From positions 9,734,001 to 9,798,000 of the forward strand of contig JBHGNT010000017.1 of the NCBI GenBank assembly GCA_043228905.1: a DNA stretch of 64,000 nt, read 5' to 3'. A model generated the notes under the pieces. The model saw only the letters and a list, made by a program, of their open reading frames with translations. It was not told the origin of the DNA and made no database searches. Below are positions 12,221 through 26,200 of the stretch, in pieces (positions within the stretch are counted from its first letter, which is position 1; each line of letters begins with the position of its first letter). Source of the DNA: Azolla caroliniana (Eukaryota; Plantae; Polypodiophyta). The position numbers were made by a program, and so were the translations under genes.

Positions 12221-15200
12221 CCGACTACGCCTGAAGTGTCATTCACACCGAATAGAATGCCAAGGTCTTTTGTGCCCACCAGATATCTGAACACATGCTT
12301 TACTGCATTCCAATGCGATTGGCTAGGGTTGTGCATGAATCTGCTGACGACTCCTATGACATCAACAATGTCAGGCCGTGTCGTGACCATCGCATACATC
12401 AGGGAGCCGACTGCCGGTGCATACAGTACCGACTTCATAGTTTCCCTCTCCGAACCGGATATCGGGTAGTCTAATTGAGACAACCAAAGACTAATGGGGA
12501 GTAGGGTCGAAGTAGATTTTGTTGATTGCATGTTGAAGTGTTTGAGGACACGTTTAATATAGTCGGATTGGGATAGAAACAATTGTCTTCGATTTCGATT
12601 TCGACTAGTCTTCATACCGAGAATGTGTCTTGCCGGACCGAGGTCCTTCATGGAAAACTTCAACCGCAGTTGCCGAACGAGTTTGGGAAGCTCTCTGGCT
12701 TGCTGACCGGAGATTAGCATGTTGTCCACGTAGATGATGAGGACGATGGGTGCCCTATCTCGAGCAGTTTTCGTGAAGAGACAGTGGTCCTCATCGCTCT
12801 TTGAGAAGCCGACCGATTGAAATGAAGTCATCGAACTTCTTATACCACTGTCGCGGTACCACTTCTTATACCACTGTCGGTAGACTAGACGTTCTTGGCC
12901 GAGTGCGATGAAGCCTTTCGGTTGTTCCATATTAATTTCCTCCTCTAGATCACCATGGAGGAATGTAGTTTTCGCATCTAACTGAATCATCTCTAAGTCC
13001 TCGGCTACCACGAAGCCGAGCATGAGTCTAAGGGTCATCATTTTCACCATTGGTGAAAATATTTCGTCGAAATCGATGCCATATTCCTGTCGAAAACCCT
13101 TAGCTACTAGTTTGGCCTTGAATTTTGGGGTGCCCGAATTAGACATCTCTTTAACTCGTAAGACCCACTTGCACGAGAGAGCGCGTCAATTCTTCGGTAA
13201 TTCGACCAAGTCCCAAGTTTTGATTGCGCGAATGGAGTTCATTTCCAACTCCATGGCCAGATGCCATGTGGCCGAATTGGTAGATGCTGATGCTTCTTGA
13301 TATGATGTTAGTTCTCTGGCATCCGTAAAGAAGATACCAAGAGAGTATCTCTCTGGGGTATGCGACAATTTCTCGGATCTTTGAGGTATAGCTGGACTAG
13401 TCGCATCGGGTGTCGTAGTCAGATGGTCCGAAGCTGAAACATTCGGCTATGCTAAGTTGGATGTTGCCGAGTCGGTAGTAGAGGTTTCGGCTACTCGTGA
13501 AGCCAACCTTGTGTTGTGTGTTGGGCCTTTGTGAAGGGTTGGCACATCTGAAGAAATTACCCTTCGAACTTTGATCGGCTTTCGGCCGATTGATGCATGG
13601 CAGACTCATTGAACACTATGTCCGAACTTGGACCACATGTTTGTGCTCGGGGTCCTAGAGTCGGTAGTTGATTTCACCATTTGGTCCGTAACCAAGGAAA
13701 ATGCATTTCCTGGTCCTTTGTGCAAGTTTGAGGCGATCGTCTTTCGGTATGAGGGTGTATGCCTCGCATCCGAAAATCCTCAGTTTGTCATAATTCGGCT
13801 TGTTGCCGGTCCATAGTTCCTGAGGCATCCGAAGTCCTAGAGCCTCCTCAATGACATATTGATTATGTGTACTGTCGTAAGTAGTGCCTCTGCCTAGAAG
13901 CCATCCGATAGTCCAGAGTGTTGGAGCATGGAAATTATCCTTTCTTGAATTGTCCGATTCATCCGCTCGGCAAGTCCATTCTGCTCTGGACTGTGGGATG
14001 CCGTATATTCACGTCGTATGCCGCATTGTCGGTAGAATCTAACAAATTCTTTAGATTTGAACTCTCTTCCATTGTCAGTTCGAAAGCATTTCAATTTTCG
14101 GCCGGGCTGATTCTTGACCATAGCGAGCCAATCGGAAAAAATTGAGAACACTCAATCTTTAGTTTTAATTGGGTAAGCCCACACCTTCTGAGTCGAGTCG
14201 TCAATAAAGCTAACGAAATACAAGGCACAACCGAGAGACTGATGTGGCATAGGACCATAGATGTCCGAGTGAACCAAATCGAGAGGACTCGATTATCTTG
14301 GTGTTGATGTTGGATGTGATGTGGCTATCTGTTTCCCGTACTAGCATTGCTCGTAGAACTGATGATTACAAAAGGAGAGTTTAGGAACGTATTTGGCTCT
14401 AGATAAATGCGTGATGCCAACCTTGCTAAGGTGTCCGAGTTGTCCACGCCAAAGTGATGACACGGGAATGTCGACCAAGAACAAGTCACCCTTTTTGAGT
14501 GTGACATATAACAGGTACAATGAGTGTACTTTCGGTCCTCGAGCAAGTAGGAGGTTCCCCCTGTGGAGTGTCCACCAACCTAATGAGAAGGTGGCAGGAA
14601 TGCCGTCTTTGTCTAATTGTTCGAATGAGATCAAAGGTCTTAAGATCTCAGGTACATGTCAGACATTATGTAGTACCAATGTAGAGCCATCCGGAAGGTT
14701 GAGCTCTACTGTGCCAATTCCGATAATCACACAATGATGTGAATTTCCGACTCAAATTGAGTCGGAATGTCGGGCTGAATATTTCCGAAATTGGGATCGA
14801 TGAGGGGTCACGTGATATGAAGTGCCTGAATCCAAGAGCCATGTACTCGATTCCTTTGTCGTAAGAATTTTTTTTTATTTGACTGGGTTTTCAATGGATA
14901 GTATGTTCGGGTCGCTCGAAAGTATTTCGGCCGAAGAGCCGACGCAATTGACCTCCTCATGCCGGCCACTCTTCAGATCAGCTCGTTAAACCTTTTGATT
15001 TTTTGCCTTGAGTGCATGGCAATCAGCTTTGATGTGTCCGGGTTTCTTGCAATAATTGCAAACTCGATTATCCCGGGATTTGCTCTGACTTCGGCAGTTG
15101 TTCAGTTGCCATGAAGAACTTCTTCCTCGGCTGTTCGATCGGTCGGTCAAACCTTGTACTACATACACATTATTGGCCGAATCATTTACAAACGATTTCC

Positions 15201-16596
15201 TCCGAGCTACTTCAGTCAGAATTGTGCTCGTGACTGAGGAGTATTTAATGGCCGCAATCAATGTGTTGCATGCGGTTGTGACGAAATTTTCCCACGACGG
15301 GGGGAGACCACTCATAAGCAGCATTACTCTTAGTTCATCCTCAATAATCGTCCCTTGAGCCCAAATTTGGGAGCTTAGACTTTTGTACTCATTGAGGTGT
15401 GCTTAGACCGAATCAGATTCTTTCACCCGAAGGTTATAGAGGTGCCGTATCAAATATATCTTTGTGGTGGCGACCTTCTTTTCGTAAGTGTCTGAAAGTG
15501 TCTTCCATAGTTGGAAGGCAGTCGAACATGATTGCACCATAAAGTACATGGACTTCGATAGGTGCATCCGAATAGTGGCTCGGACAATTCTGTCGAGCTT
15601 CTCCCATTCAAGCGGCTTGTATCCTTCTGGAGCATTTTCGTTTTCGATGGGGTCGATTTGCCCCTTGACTATTAAATAGTCTTCCATCTGCTCCTTCTAG
15701 AAGTTGAAGTTTGATCAGTCGAACTTCCTTAGACTCATCTCTGAAGAGCCGGATGTTGATGCCATCTGTGTCGATTTTTAAGGGGGCTTTGTTCGGGGTT
15801 GGCTACGAACGGTGGTTGTGTGCAGCAGATAGGTTCACTCGAATTTGTTCTAGTCGAGTTTGAACACAAGCCGGATTTGATTTGAAATTTGGGAGACTCG
15901 ATCCGAAGTGACCACGGCTAACTAGCCTAGTTGAGTTGGACCCGAGTATGTCGATTTTTTTTTGAGATTTCCGAACACAGGGTATGTGTCGATTATCCAG
16001 GCCGATTTTGCTTTAGGTGACTACGACAATGAGAAGAAAAAATTGAACTAATGTTTCCGAATGTTGTCTAGCCGAATGAAGCACGGAAGGGGGTTGTTCT
16101 TGAAGCCTAGACAACTATGAGTGATTACGAAAAGCAAGTGACTAGCGTCAGGTGCCCTATTCGATTGTTTAATCCAATGTAGTTCGGCTGAGGCAGAGCT
16201 TGTGAAGCGAAATCTCACTCCGAGCGGTTACAATCACAGGAGTGAAGTGCAACTAATTGGCTCACTTCAATGGTGATTTAGAATAGTGGAGTGTAGATTT
16301 TGCCGGTGTTTCTCTTCGTGAAAACGATCTTGTAGAGAGTTGCCAACCGAGATCTTCACGGTGTACAAAAGAAATAGAGAGACAAGACACAACAAGAACG
16401 CAAGAGAGAGAGAGAGAGACGAATAGGCGCAAGATGAACTATATTTCAACAACCCTCAAAACTAGGTTACAAAGTCAATTTATGTACTAACTGACTTAGG
16501 GAAACTGCCCTTCTCACTATTTACATAAATAGCCTAAACCTAGTGGGTACAAAAGGAGACAATGTGAATACGTTCATTAGAGACTCCCATTCAACA

Positions 16597-19500
16597 CGTG
16601 CATGGAACATCAGGTTCTGACCCAAATAAATATTGCTCATGTTGTCGTAGCAGAGGGGAGTCAGATCCTTGATGGGAATGCCCAAATCCTTCAAAATCCT
16701 CTTGAGCCATATGGCTTCACATGCAGTTATGGTTGTGCCCTTGTATTCGGGCTTTGTGCTCGAAAATACAACAATAGGCTGCTTCTTACTACTCCAAGAT
16801 ATTGCTCCGCTGCCAAGCAAGAAGACAATTCTGGAGGTCGATCGTCGATCACCTCTGTAGCCGGCCCAGTCAGCATCCGCGTACCCTTTGAGTCAAATTG
16901 GTGTCGCCGATTTGTAGAGAATGTCGTAATCCATTGTGCCGCTCACATATCGTAATACTCGCTTAGCGCAATGGAAATGGATATCTCGCGGACTTTGCAT
17001 GAATTCGCTAAGGATTCCGACTGGATAGCTTAGGTCGGGTTGAGTGATCGTGAGATAGATGAGGCTCCGATCAGTTGAGGATATTGAGTCACCTCGCACT
17101 CGTCTGTGCTGGAATCAACATCTAGTTTGAGGTTTTGATCAAGAGGGGTTGCCACAGATTTGCACTCAGCCATCCGGTACTTGTATAACAAGTTGAGGAT
17201 GTAGTGCCGTTGAGAGATCATAATGCCGGTCGGAATCCAAATTACCTCGATGCTAAGGAAGTAATGGAGCTCCTTCATGTTCGTCATCTCAAATTTGTTG
17301 GAGAGGAGGTACTCCACTTTGTTGACTTCGACTAAATGCTCACCTCCAATAACCAGATCATCCACGTATAGGATGGTGACAATCAGGCTTCTAGAGTCGT
17401 TTTTTACGTAGAGGGAGTTGCTGGATTTCGACATTCGAAAGCCGATTTGAGGAAGATATTGCGTATCTTCGAATGCCAAGCACACGGTGCTGGCTTAAGG
17501 CCATAGAGTGGCTTCTTGAGTTGGCATACGGATTTTAGATGAATGTTGGATTCGAAGCTGGGTGGTTGTACCATGTACACCTCTTCTAATTCGCCTTGAA
17601 GAAAGGCGTTCTTTACGTCCATTTGATGGAGGTGCCACCCTTTTGCCGTTGCAAGTGCAATTACGGTCTGCACAGTTGTCATCTTTGCCACCGGGGCAAA
17701 GGTCTCTTCATAGTCGATTCCATGTGTTTGTGCCTATCCTTTCACTACATGTTAGGCTTTGTAGCAATTTACGGAGCCGTCGGCATTATACTTAACCTTG
17801 TAAATCCATCTGCAACCGATTGCCTTCTTGTGAGGTGAATAAGGGATGAGATCCAATGTCTCGTTTTTGGAGAGTGCTTGCATCTCCTCATTCATCGCTT
17901 CAACCCATCTGGGCTCCTTGGCGGCTTCGGAAAATGTTACTAGCTCTCGTACAGTCGCTACCTTCTATTTTGCGGATACTAAGGCTTTCTTCGCTCCATT
18001 TGTCCGAATGTCGAGGCCTTCAAACTCACTATCGAGGGAGTGAGTCGACTCGATTTCGATCTGATCTTCGTATTCCGGCATTTTGGCCTTCCCTTTGTCT
18101 AGCTTCGGACTCGGCCGAGATATGCTTTGGTTGCTCAGAGGTTCTTGTGGCCCACTAAGCCTTGTCGTAATTGGGCTTTCTTTGAACATGTGTTTGAGTC
18201 GATCTCCATCTTCTATCTCTTGTTCGACAGATTTTGGGTTGATTGGAAATGGTTCGGGAGGATTCGGCTCGGGTTCGTACCATGATGCCGATTCATTGAA
18301 GACTACATATCGGCTTATAGGAACCTTCCGAGTCGAGGGGTTATAGCACTTGTACCCCGTTTGCTCTAGTGAGTATCCTACGAGGATACATTTCTTTGAC
18401 TTCCGGTCGAGCTTTTGTCGCTTCTCGTTAGGGATGTGCACGTATGCAATGGAGCCGAATATCCGAACATGTGATAGATGCGGCTTCTTTCCGAAAAACT
18501 TCTCGTGCAGGGTAACCTCATGCACGCCGGATGTTGTACACCGGTTCATTAGGTAGATGACTGTGTTGGTGGCTTCTGCCCAGTATGACTTCGGCATGTG
18601 CTTTTCGTTAAGCATAACCCATGCTTCTTCGAGGATGTGCCGATTTTTTCGTTCGGCTACTCCGTTTTGTTGTGGCATATGTCGACACGAAAACTTGCAC
18701 CAAATTCCTTCTTTCCGAGGAAAAACCTAAAATTCATCGGAGAAGTACTCTTTTCCTCCATCCGACTGAAGACATCGTACATGACAATCGGTTGTCTTTT
18801 CGACTTCGCTTTTGAATTTCTGGAAGTGTTCGAACACTTCGCTCTTTTGTCACATGGGGTAGATCTAGGTGTGCCTAGAGAAGTCGTCGATGAAGGCCAC
18901 GTAGTATTGGCATCCGCTGAATGTAGCTATCTGAGCCGGACCCCATACATCTGAATGAATTACGTCGAGTACGCCTTTGCTCACATTCCTCTCCTTCGGG
19001 AATGAGTGTTGATGTTGTTTGCCGAATCGGCAAGTTGCACACATGTCTTCAATCTCCTTCTCTTTGAAGGTTGGGAGCCCGATGAAGAATCCTTTCGATT
19101 GTATCGCCTTGAGTTTATTGAGATTGATGTGGCCAATCCGCTTGTGCCATAGATCTATGTCGGAATCGGCTTTTGTGCCTTTTGCAAACATGGACGATTT
19201 CAACGTGTGTGAGTCGAGAATGAACATTCGGCCCTCTCTTTGTCCGTGAGCGATGAGACGACCTTGTTTCTCGATGAAGCAACCACCTTGATTAAATCAA
19301 ACTTGCATCCCTTGCTCAACAATTTGGCCGACAGAGACCAAATTCTTCATAATGGTAGGTACATGCAAGACATTCTTAATATAAGTTTCCTTACCTTCTC
19401 TTCCGAATGGATCATTGCCGATGTGCCAAATCGGATGAGTAGTGTCGTCTCCAGTTTCGACATAGCCGGGTCGGTTCGGCTCTCAAAGTTCTCGGAACCC

Positions 19501-20970
19501 TTCTTGATGAGACGTCATATGGTTAGAGGCACTGGAGTCGACGAACCATACGTCTTCTGAACTAGAGGCGCTATTTGAAGTAGAAGCCGACATAGAATTT
19601 GCTCTATGTCTCATCATGAACATTCTGCCATGATCGTCATAGTCAGAGTTGGTGGGGTAATTGGTGAGTTGCCGACTAGTGCAAGCCGACTCGTGCATCT
19701 TCTTTCAACACCCTTCTTTATGGTGGTCGAGTTTGCCGCAATATCCACATTCGATCGAGTTTTGTCGACTTGGACCGGAATGGAAGCTCCCCCGTCTACC
19801 GAAGGTTCCTCGATGGCTTCCGCCTTGTTGCTGAAATTGCGAGTTATTTTTGTAAGTCGAGCCTCGTCCGCGTCATCCTTGGCTGAATTGGCCTCTTGCT
19901 CGGCTGCGTCCTCTTCCTCCATTCAAATGTGTGTAGAGCATGTGTCCTGTCATGGACACACCAAGCGCGGACTAAGACAGAGCACGGATGATGAGGCTAC
20001 GATGGAGCGATGACGGAATGACACAAGAGCATAAAGATAGAGATGAAGATTAAGGAGAGAAGATGGGCGAAATGAGAATACTAGATTGATATGTCCATGA
20101 CTGGCGTTGTTAACCTTGAATTCCTTCAAGGTGAACTCAACTGTTTATACTAAGTGGCATGCATACCTGTTGCGTGCATGTGATACAATAGAGCATGTAG
20201 GCAGTAGGTACGCATGCATGTGCCAAGTGTTAATAATACAAGCGAGAAATTATGCACATGATGCTAGCTAAAACCTACAATGAGGAAGTATATACATGAT
20301 TATATGCTAGATGTGTGGTTAACACATAATACTCAATTATAACATGGTTATGTCAAGAGTTCGAATCTTGACATTTCCTTCCAAGGCGTTGCTCCTTGTT
20401 CGAACATGGTTTTCTTTGACCAACAACATGGATTGAAAATTGAAGAAAGAGGGAGGATTCTCTCATGCTAGTACGACGGTCATCATCGCGCCAACCCGTG
20501 GTGCAAGGCCGCCGAGGCATATTTGCACCATCTCATCATCGTCCCCATTGACGCTTATTGAGCTAAGCGAGTCACAAAGCTCCTTGATCTTCAAGGTGTA
20601 GCTTGTGACGAACATATCCCTTTGTTGGATGTTGTTCTACTCTTGGTGTAGTTGAAGCTTTCTCGCGGTTGTGTTGGTGGCAAAAATCTTTCGTAGATTC
20701 TCCCACGCTTCCTTCAGCGTCTCGGCTTCTCGAATGTAGCCGAGCATGTGATCATGAACACATGTCGCCAAACAATACATTACTCGACTTGCCGCTCGCT
20801 CCCATGTTGAGTAGTCGGCGTCCTTCGGGTCGGGTCGATTTTCTTGTGCTCCTTAGATGTAGCTCCAATATCCTTGACCGACAAGGTATTGGTGCATCTT
20901 GTCCTCCCAAGATACAAAGTTATTTCGGTTCAAGTTCTCGCTAGGGAGAGTCCTCCCCATTTGAGTATTC
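16597..20970 (-). pseudogene. gag-pol: gag-pol pseudogene of copia A (main part)
   Basis: Gag ENLNRNNFVSWEDKMHQYLVGQGYWSYI; protease WFVDSSASNHM; LWHKRIGH; PQQNGVAERKNR; RT LYVDDL. Confidence 0.92.
19948..20373. mobile_element. Solo LTR (426 bp) inserted in gag of A
   Basis: TGTCA...TGACA termini; near-TSD TGTCC/TTTCC; absent from the homologous gag position of sister element I (~50600). Confidence 0.85.
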
Positions 20971-21519
20971 ATTTTCAATGAGTTTTCTTTCTTCTTTTCC
21001 TTCTCTCTTGAACACAAGCTATGTAGTCGCACTACGATAGCGATGAACCGGTTCTTCTCGAACGTCGGCATAGAACACAACACATGCGGAGGAGCTAGAT
21101 CGAGCTACCAAACCGCTCTGATTCCATGTAAAGAATCGGATATGATTCTTGTATAACGGTGTCGTGAAGATTTTCGGCAATAGTATGAAAATCCCATAAA
21201 ACGTACGAAATCGAGTATGAATCACATAGTACAATAATTGTGAAGATAACATTTTAAATAGATTTAATATCTAAGTACAAAATCATGGAGGTTTCGAATA
21301 CACTTTATTACACGAGAAACGGACAACTAAATGTCAAGATATGAGGGTATAAAGTTTGAAAAAGGAAAGGAGAAAATTGTGAGATATCCCACATAGGCAC
21401 GACAAATACATCTCTCATCATATATAAGGTGGAGCAAAAGATATTATCTTTGTGTTTATGTGTGGAGCATAGAGAGTTCAAGGTAACTTGAACTAAGAGT
21501 GGAGGTGGGCTAGCAGGCC

Positions 21520-23208
21520 GTGGACATAAAGGATAGACGGGAGTCGGGGACTCTTCTCGAAGATGATACCCAAGCAAATGGGCTCGTAGCGGACTGGATC
21601 GCGGTGAAGCGGGCGTGCAATAGGCTCGACAAGCGTCGCCAATGGGTTGATGACACCGACTTGACGGGACCGACTACCACAGAGAAAACAAGATCGCCGA
21701 AAGTAGCTGAGCCGCCAAGACAAAGTAACGTGGAAGAAAAGAAGATTGATGATGACATCATTGAAGAGCTAGCGAAGGAGTTCGAGAAGGTCACACTAGC
21801 CAACATGAATCGTCGGGGCCCTAAGGGAAAAGAACGCGTGTGGTGCGATAGCATGGACCACATGAGAAGGGATTGTGCAAGCCTTCGAGAGGCGATTCGA
21901 CAAAATATTGTATACATAGAGGACAACATGATCTCCTCAAGCGAGACTAGAAGACCCCTACGGGTGAATTTCGGAAGAGGAGGAATGAAGAAATCTATGG
22001 AGGATGTCGATGCGACTCATGTGGATGCGATGCACTATGCTGCGTCGGCCGGAATAAGAGTCGGGAAAGACAAGACTGAAGCTGCTAGAGCGGGAGCAAA
22101 GTTTTGGACTTCCGTTCTCGAATATGAGAAGAAGGGAAAAATCACATCGAACGAGGTAGAGCTTGCGGACCGAAGCGTGCAAAGCATAACCGGGTGGTCG
22201 GATCCGGTGGACGACAACAACATACTCGCAGAGGTGATGTGCGACAACCACGAGGTGTTTGTCGAAGAAAAGAGAAAGAGAATAGAAGAGCAAGGCCCAT
22301 CTAAAAGACATGAAACAAGGAACGCGAAAAAGAAGGACGATGCGGAGACGAGTCGACCTTTACAATCGGAGGAACGAGAATCAAGCCGAAAAGGGGAGCC
22401 GAGCATACGAGTTGAAGAAACAGTGCGGCCCGTGAAGGTTGGTGTCGAAGACCCCGCTCGGAGGACAAGGACTATACCTACCTATAAGCTAAGGTTGGAC
22501 ATAGAGCAGACGACGGACCTAAAGAAGATTCTCGAAGAACGAGTTCTTGATAGCCACGTAACTTTGTCCTTGAGGGAATTGCTTGGCATTACGAAGAAGG
22601 AGTTCCATGACACGATCATCGACCTTGTAAAGAGAAAGAGACAACAATCGGACGAGGAAGAAGAGAAGCCGCAAAAAGCAAAAACGAATGCCATAATGAT
22701 GGCAAGAGACGAAATCGATGAAGATATGGTGGACAGCCACTACACTCGACCTCATTGGGCACGAGTGACAACGGAGACGCCAGTGAAGATCGGGGAGAAG
22801 AAAGAGACCGTGGTAGCCTTGATCGACCACGGCTCGGAGATCAACCTCATGTCAACCGACTTCTACAAAAAAGGAAGATGGCCAATCAATACAAACCACG
22901 GATGGAAGATTCGCGCGGCAACAAAGTCTACGGAGGATTTGTACGGAGCTTGTCCCAATGTCAGAGTCACGATCGGGGATGTGGAGATGGAACAACACTT
23001 CTTCGTACAAGAATCGGCGTCGCATCCTGTCATCCTAGGGCAACCTTATATCACATCATCTCGGATGGAGACCAAAGTGTTCGATAATGGAGCAGCCTTC
23101 GCACGAATAAAGAGTCTTGACAACCAAAGATCGGTCCAATTCCTAACGGTGCGAGCCAATCATGAAAGGAATCAAGATAGTCTCGGAGGCGAATACTTGG
23201 ATTTTTAG
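21520..23208 (+). pseudogene. gag: 5'-truncated gag plus aspartic protease ORF of gypsy D
   Basis: Degenerate knuckle RVWCDSMDHMRRDC; protease ALIDHGSEINLM...VILGQPY; 5' end fused to the LTR remnant by a deletion. Confidence 0.85.
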
Positions 23209-26200
23209 AGCAGACTATTGAAGCATGGGGCACAAATAGTCCGAGCAATCACAAGACCCCACAAGAAAGAAGAGTGCGTGGATTGCAAGGAGAAGCAACA
23301 TGTGTCACACCTAGTGGCGCATGTAAACTAGTACTACCCGACAGGAAGCACAAGCGCCGGATACAAGAATTCGAGAAGATGCTGAAAGAAGAGAATATAA
23401 TAGAAGAAGGAGAGTTCGTGACTCATATTATGGAAGAAGCCTCATTTAACGACACCATCGGCGAAATCGAGGACGTCGTGGACTTGAGCTATCTTCACAA
23501 CCAACGCGTGATTTCGGTTAACTCCGTCAACATGTACGCTATCATCGATGAATACCGTCGTGGCATCTCGATGAAGGAAGCTGACATCAACACGAAATAT
23601 AAAACGGTGGATAAGAAGATCAAGCCAGTTGCGGTTCCGTTACCGGAAGATAACTGGCAAAAGATGAAGGAAGTCGCTAACGATCCAAGCTTAAGAAATC
23701 CGAAGAAGATAGGTCATGACTTCACCAAAGAGACGAAGGGGAAGCTACGAGTTGGAAAGGAGGATTTCCTTCTCCCTGAAGAGGAGCGAATGTTTCGCGA
23801 TATGCTTGAGAGACATGGGAAGGCTTTCGCATTCTTCCCACGAGAAATTGGATGCTCCGACCCAAAGGTTATAGAGCCGATGGTGATCTTCACGGTGCCT
23901 CATGTAACTTGGAATTTTAAACCGATACCGGTTCCGAGAGCTCACCTTCCGAAGCTGATCGAGCTCTTAAAGGAGAAGGTGAGTATGGGAATTCCAGAAC
24001 TGTCGAATGCTCCTTATTCCAATAGGTGGTTCACGGTGCCGAAGAAGAATGGATCATTGCGATTCATCCAGGATCTTCAACCCGTCAACAAGGTGACAAT
24101 TCGAAATGCCGGAATCGGTCCTAGCGTGGACGAATTTGCCGAAGCGTTTGCGTTTGAGGAGAAAGATGAATCAAAAGATAAGGAAGGTTGTAGAAAGTTC
24201 ATTGCGGATCATATGAAAGATTGCGAGAAGGTGCTTCAAAGGCTCGAAGATGCGAATTTGACATTTTCGGGAGAAAAATCCGCATTCGGGCAACCGGAGA
24301 TCTTGGTGGTAGGTCACTTGTGTGGAGCATATGGCCGGAAGCCCTCGCCATCCAAAGTGAACGCAATCCAAGACATGAAAGAAGAATGCGAAAACCAAAC
24401 GGAGGTTCGAAGGTTCCTTGGAGCGTGCGCGTTTTATCATATATGGATTCCTCACTACGCTCATGTCGCCGAACCGTTATATGGACTACTAAAGAAAAGA
24501 ATAAAGTTCGAATGGCGAGACGAGCACACAAAGGCGATGCAAAGATTAAAGAAACTGCTTCTTGAAGCTCCGACACTAAGGAAGGCCGACTATGCCGAAG
24601 GGAAACCAATTTACGTGACCATAGATACGAGCCCAACCAGAATCGGGTGGGTCATCAATCAAGAAGGTGAAGATAATGCGCGATATGCCGTCCGGTTCAG
24701 AGCAAAGGTTCTCAGCGAACGGCAACAAAGATATGCCCAAGTCAAGCGGGAACTTTGGGGTATTGTGTCGGCAGTGAAGACGGACAAAGATTACCTGATC
24801 GGATCAGAAGTGATAATAGAGACAAATTGTCTCCCAATTCTCGGAATGGTCTCGGGATGTGCAACCCCAGATCTTGCTATGCTAAGGTGGATCGCCTACA
24901 TCAAGTCTTTAAACCCAGAGATCCGTCACATCGCAGGGAAGAAGAACGCCATGGCTGACATGCTGTCGAGGGCAAGATTTTCAAATGGAAGTAACATGGT
25001 TTCGGAAGATGAAGATGTCGCCCTCGACTTCTTCAAGATGGCTCGATTGTCGGCGGAAGACCAGGACACGCAAACCCTCCACGCCTTCGACGAGAACGAG
25101 TACGAAGGAGAGTGGTTACTCATCGGTAGATTCCTAAGAACATTGACGACAGATGCTTCGTTGACAAAGGAGGAGGCCCTAGGAATCCGAAAGAAAGCTT
25201 ACTGATACTTCTTGAAGGGAGGATTCCTTTGGCGACATCCAAAAAGAAGGACAGGAATACCACGACGAGTGGTGGTAAAGAAAGAAGAGCAAGAGACGCT
25301 GATGACCGAATTCCACGAGAGTGCTTGGGCAGGTCATAGAGGAACATGGGCGACGTTCGAAAAGTTGAAGGAGAAGTACTGGTGGCCAAGCATGTACAAA
25401 GATGTACTCCATTTCGTGTCCACATGCGAAACTTGCCAAGTATATTCAAATATACGTCATCGTGATGAGTTAAAGCCGACATACCCACTCACCATACACT
25501 TCAAATGGATGGTGGATCTGGTCTCGATGCCAATGGGAGTGGGACAAATGAAGTACTTAGCGCTGGCAAGGGAAGACTTGACAAATCAAGTGGAAAGACG
25601 AGCCTTGACAAATAAGACGACTTCAGCCGTTTGTAAATTTTTACTTGAAGATGTTGTTTGCCGATATGGATGTGTAGGGAAGATAATGGCCGACCGAGGG
25701 GAATTGGACGTGCACAAAAGCGACGGAGCTCTTCGAAAGACTAGGCGTGAAGCTCTCCCTCACGACTGCCTACAATCCGGAAGCAAATGGGAAGATCGAG
25801 CGAGGGCATGGACCTATCGTTAAAGCCATCGTACGGGCATGCAACGGTCGAGTTGGGAATTGGCCATGACTATTACCCTATGCCTTGTGGGCTGATAGAA
25901 CGACACATAACTCGGTGACAGGGTATATGCCGACGGAGCTTATGTATGGACAAAAGCCGATTATGCCCATCGAAAGGACGATCGCCTCATGGGTAGCGAT
26001 ATCGTGGGAGAACGAGATGAGCCGAGAAGAGTTATTAGCGGCGCGGATAAGGCAACTTGAAAGAAGACTTGAAGATTTAGAAAAAGCGCGAACGATGATG
26101 AAGGCAGCCCGAGTAAAGAACAAAGTTCGGTTCGACAACACGCATCGACTTCGTCCCAAGAAGATTGAAGAAGGGGATTGGGTTTTGGTTTACGACAGCA

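Larger units (their letters stand above)
6213..15765 (-). pseudogene. gag-pol: gag-pol pseudogene of copia B (interrupted by C)
   Basis: Zinc knuckle CNYCKKPGHIKADC, protease WLLDSGT, integrase LKCFRTDNG...EQNGLAERMNRTI, RT YVDNML and RNase H fragments, with many stops and frameshifts. Confidence 0.9.
5680..16596 (-). mobile_element. Ty1/copia element B inserted in RNase H of A (same family as F and G)
   Basis: 3' LTR 5680-6003 with PPT; partial 5' LTR ~16370-16596; splits the MFHAR/TKHIEVHYH motif of A; eroded TSD CATGT/CGTGC; gag starts MASTSGSSEMSL at ~15765. Confidence 0.88.
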
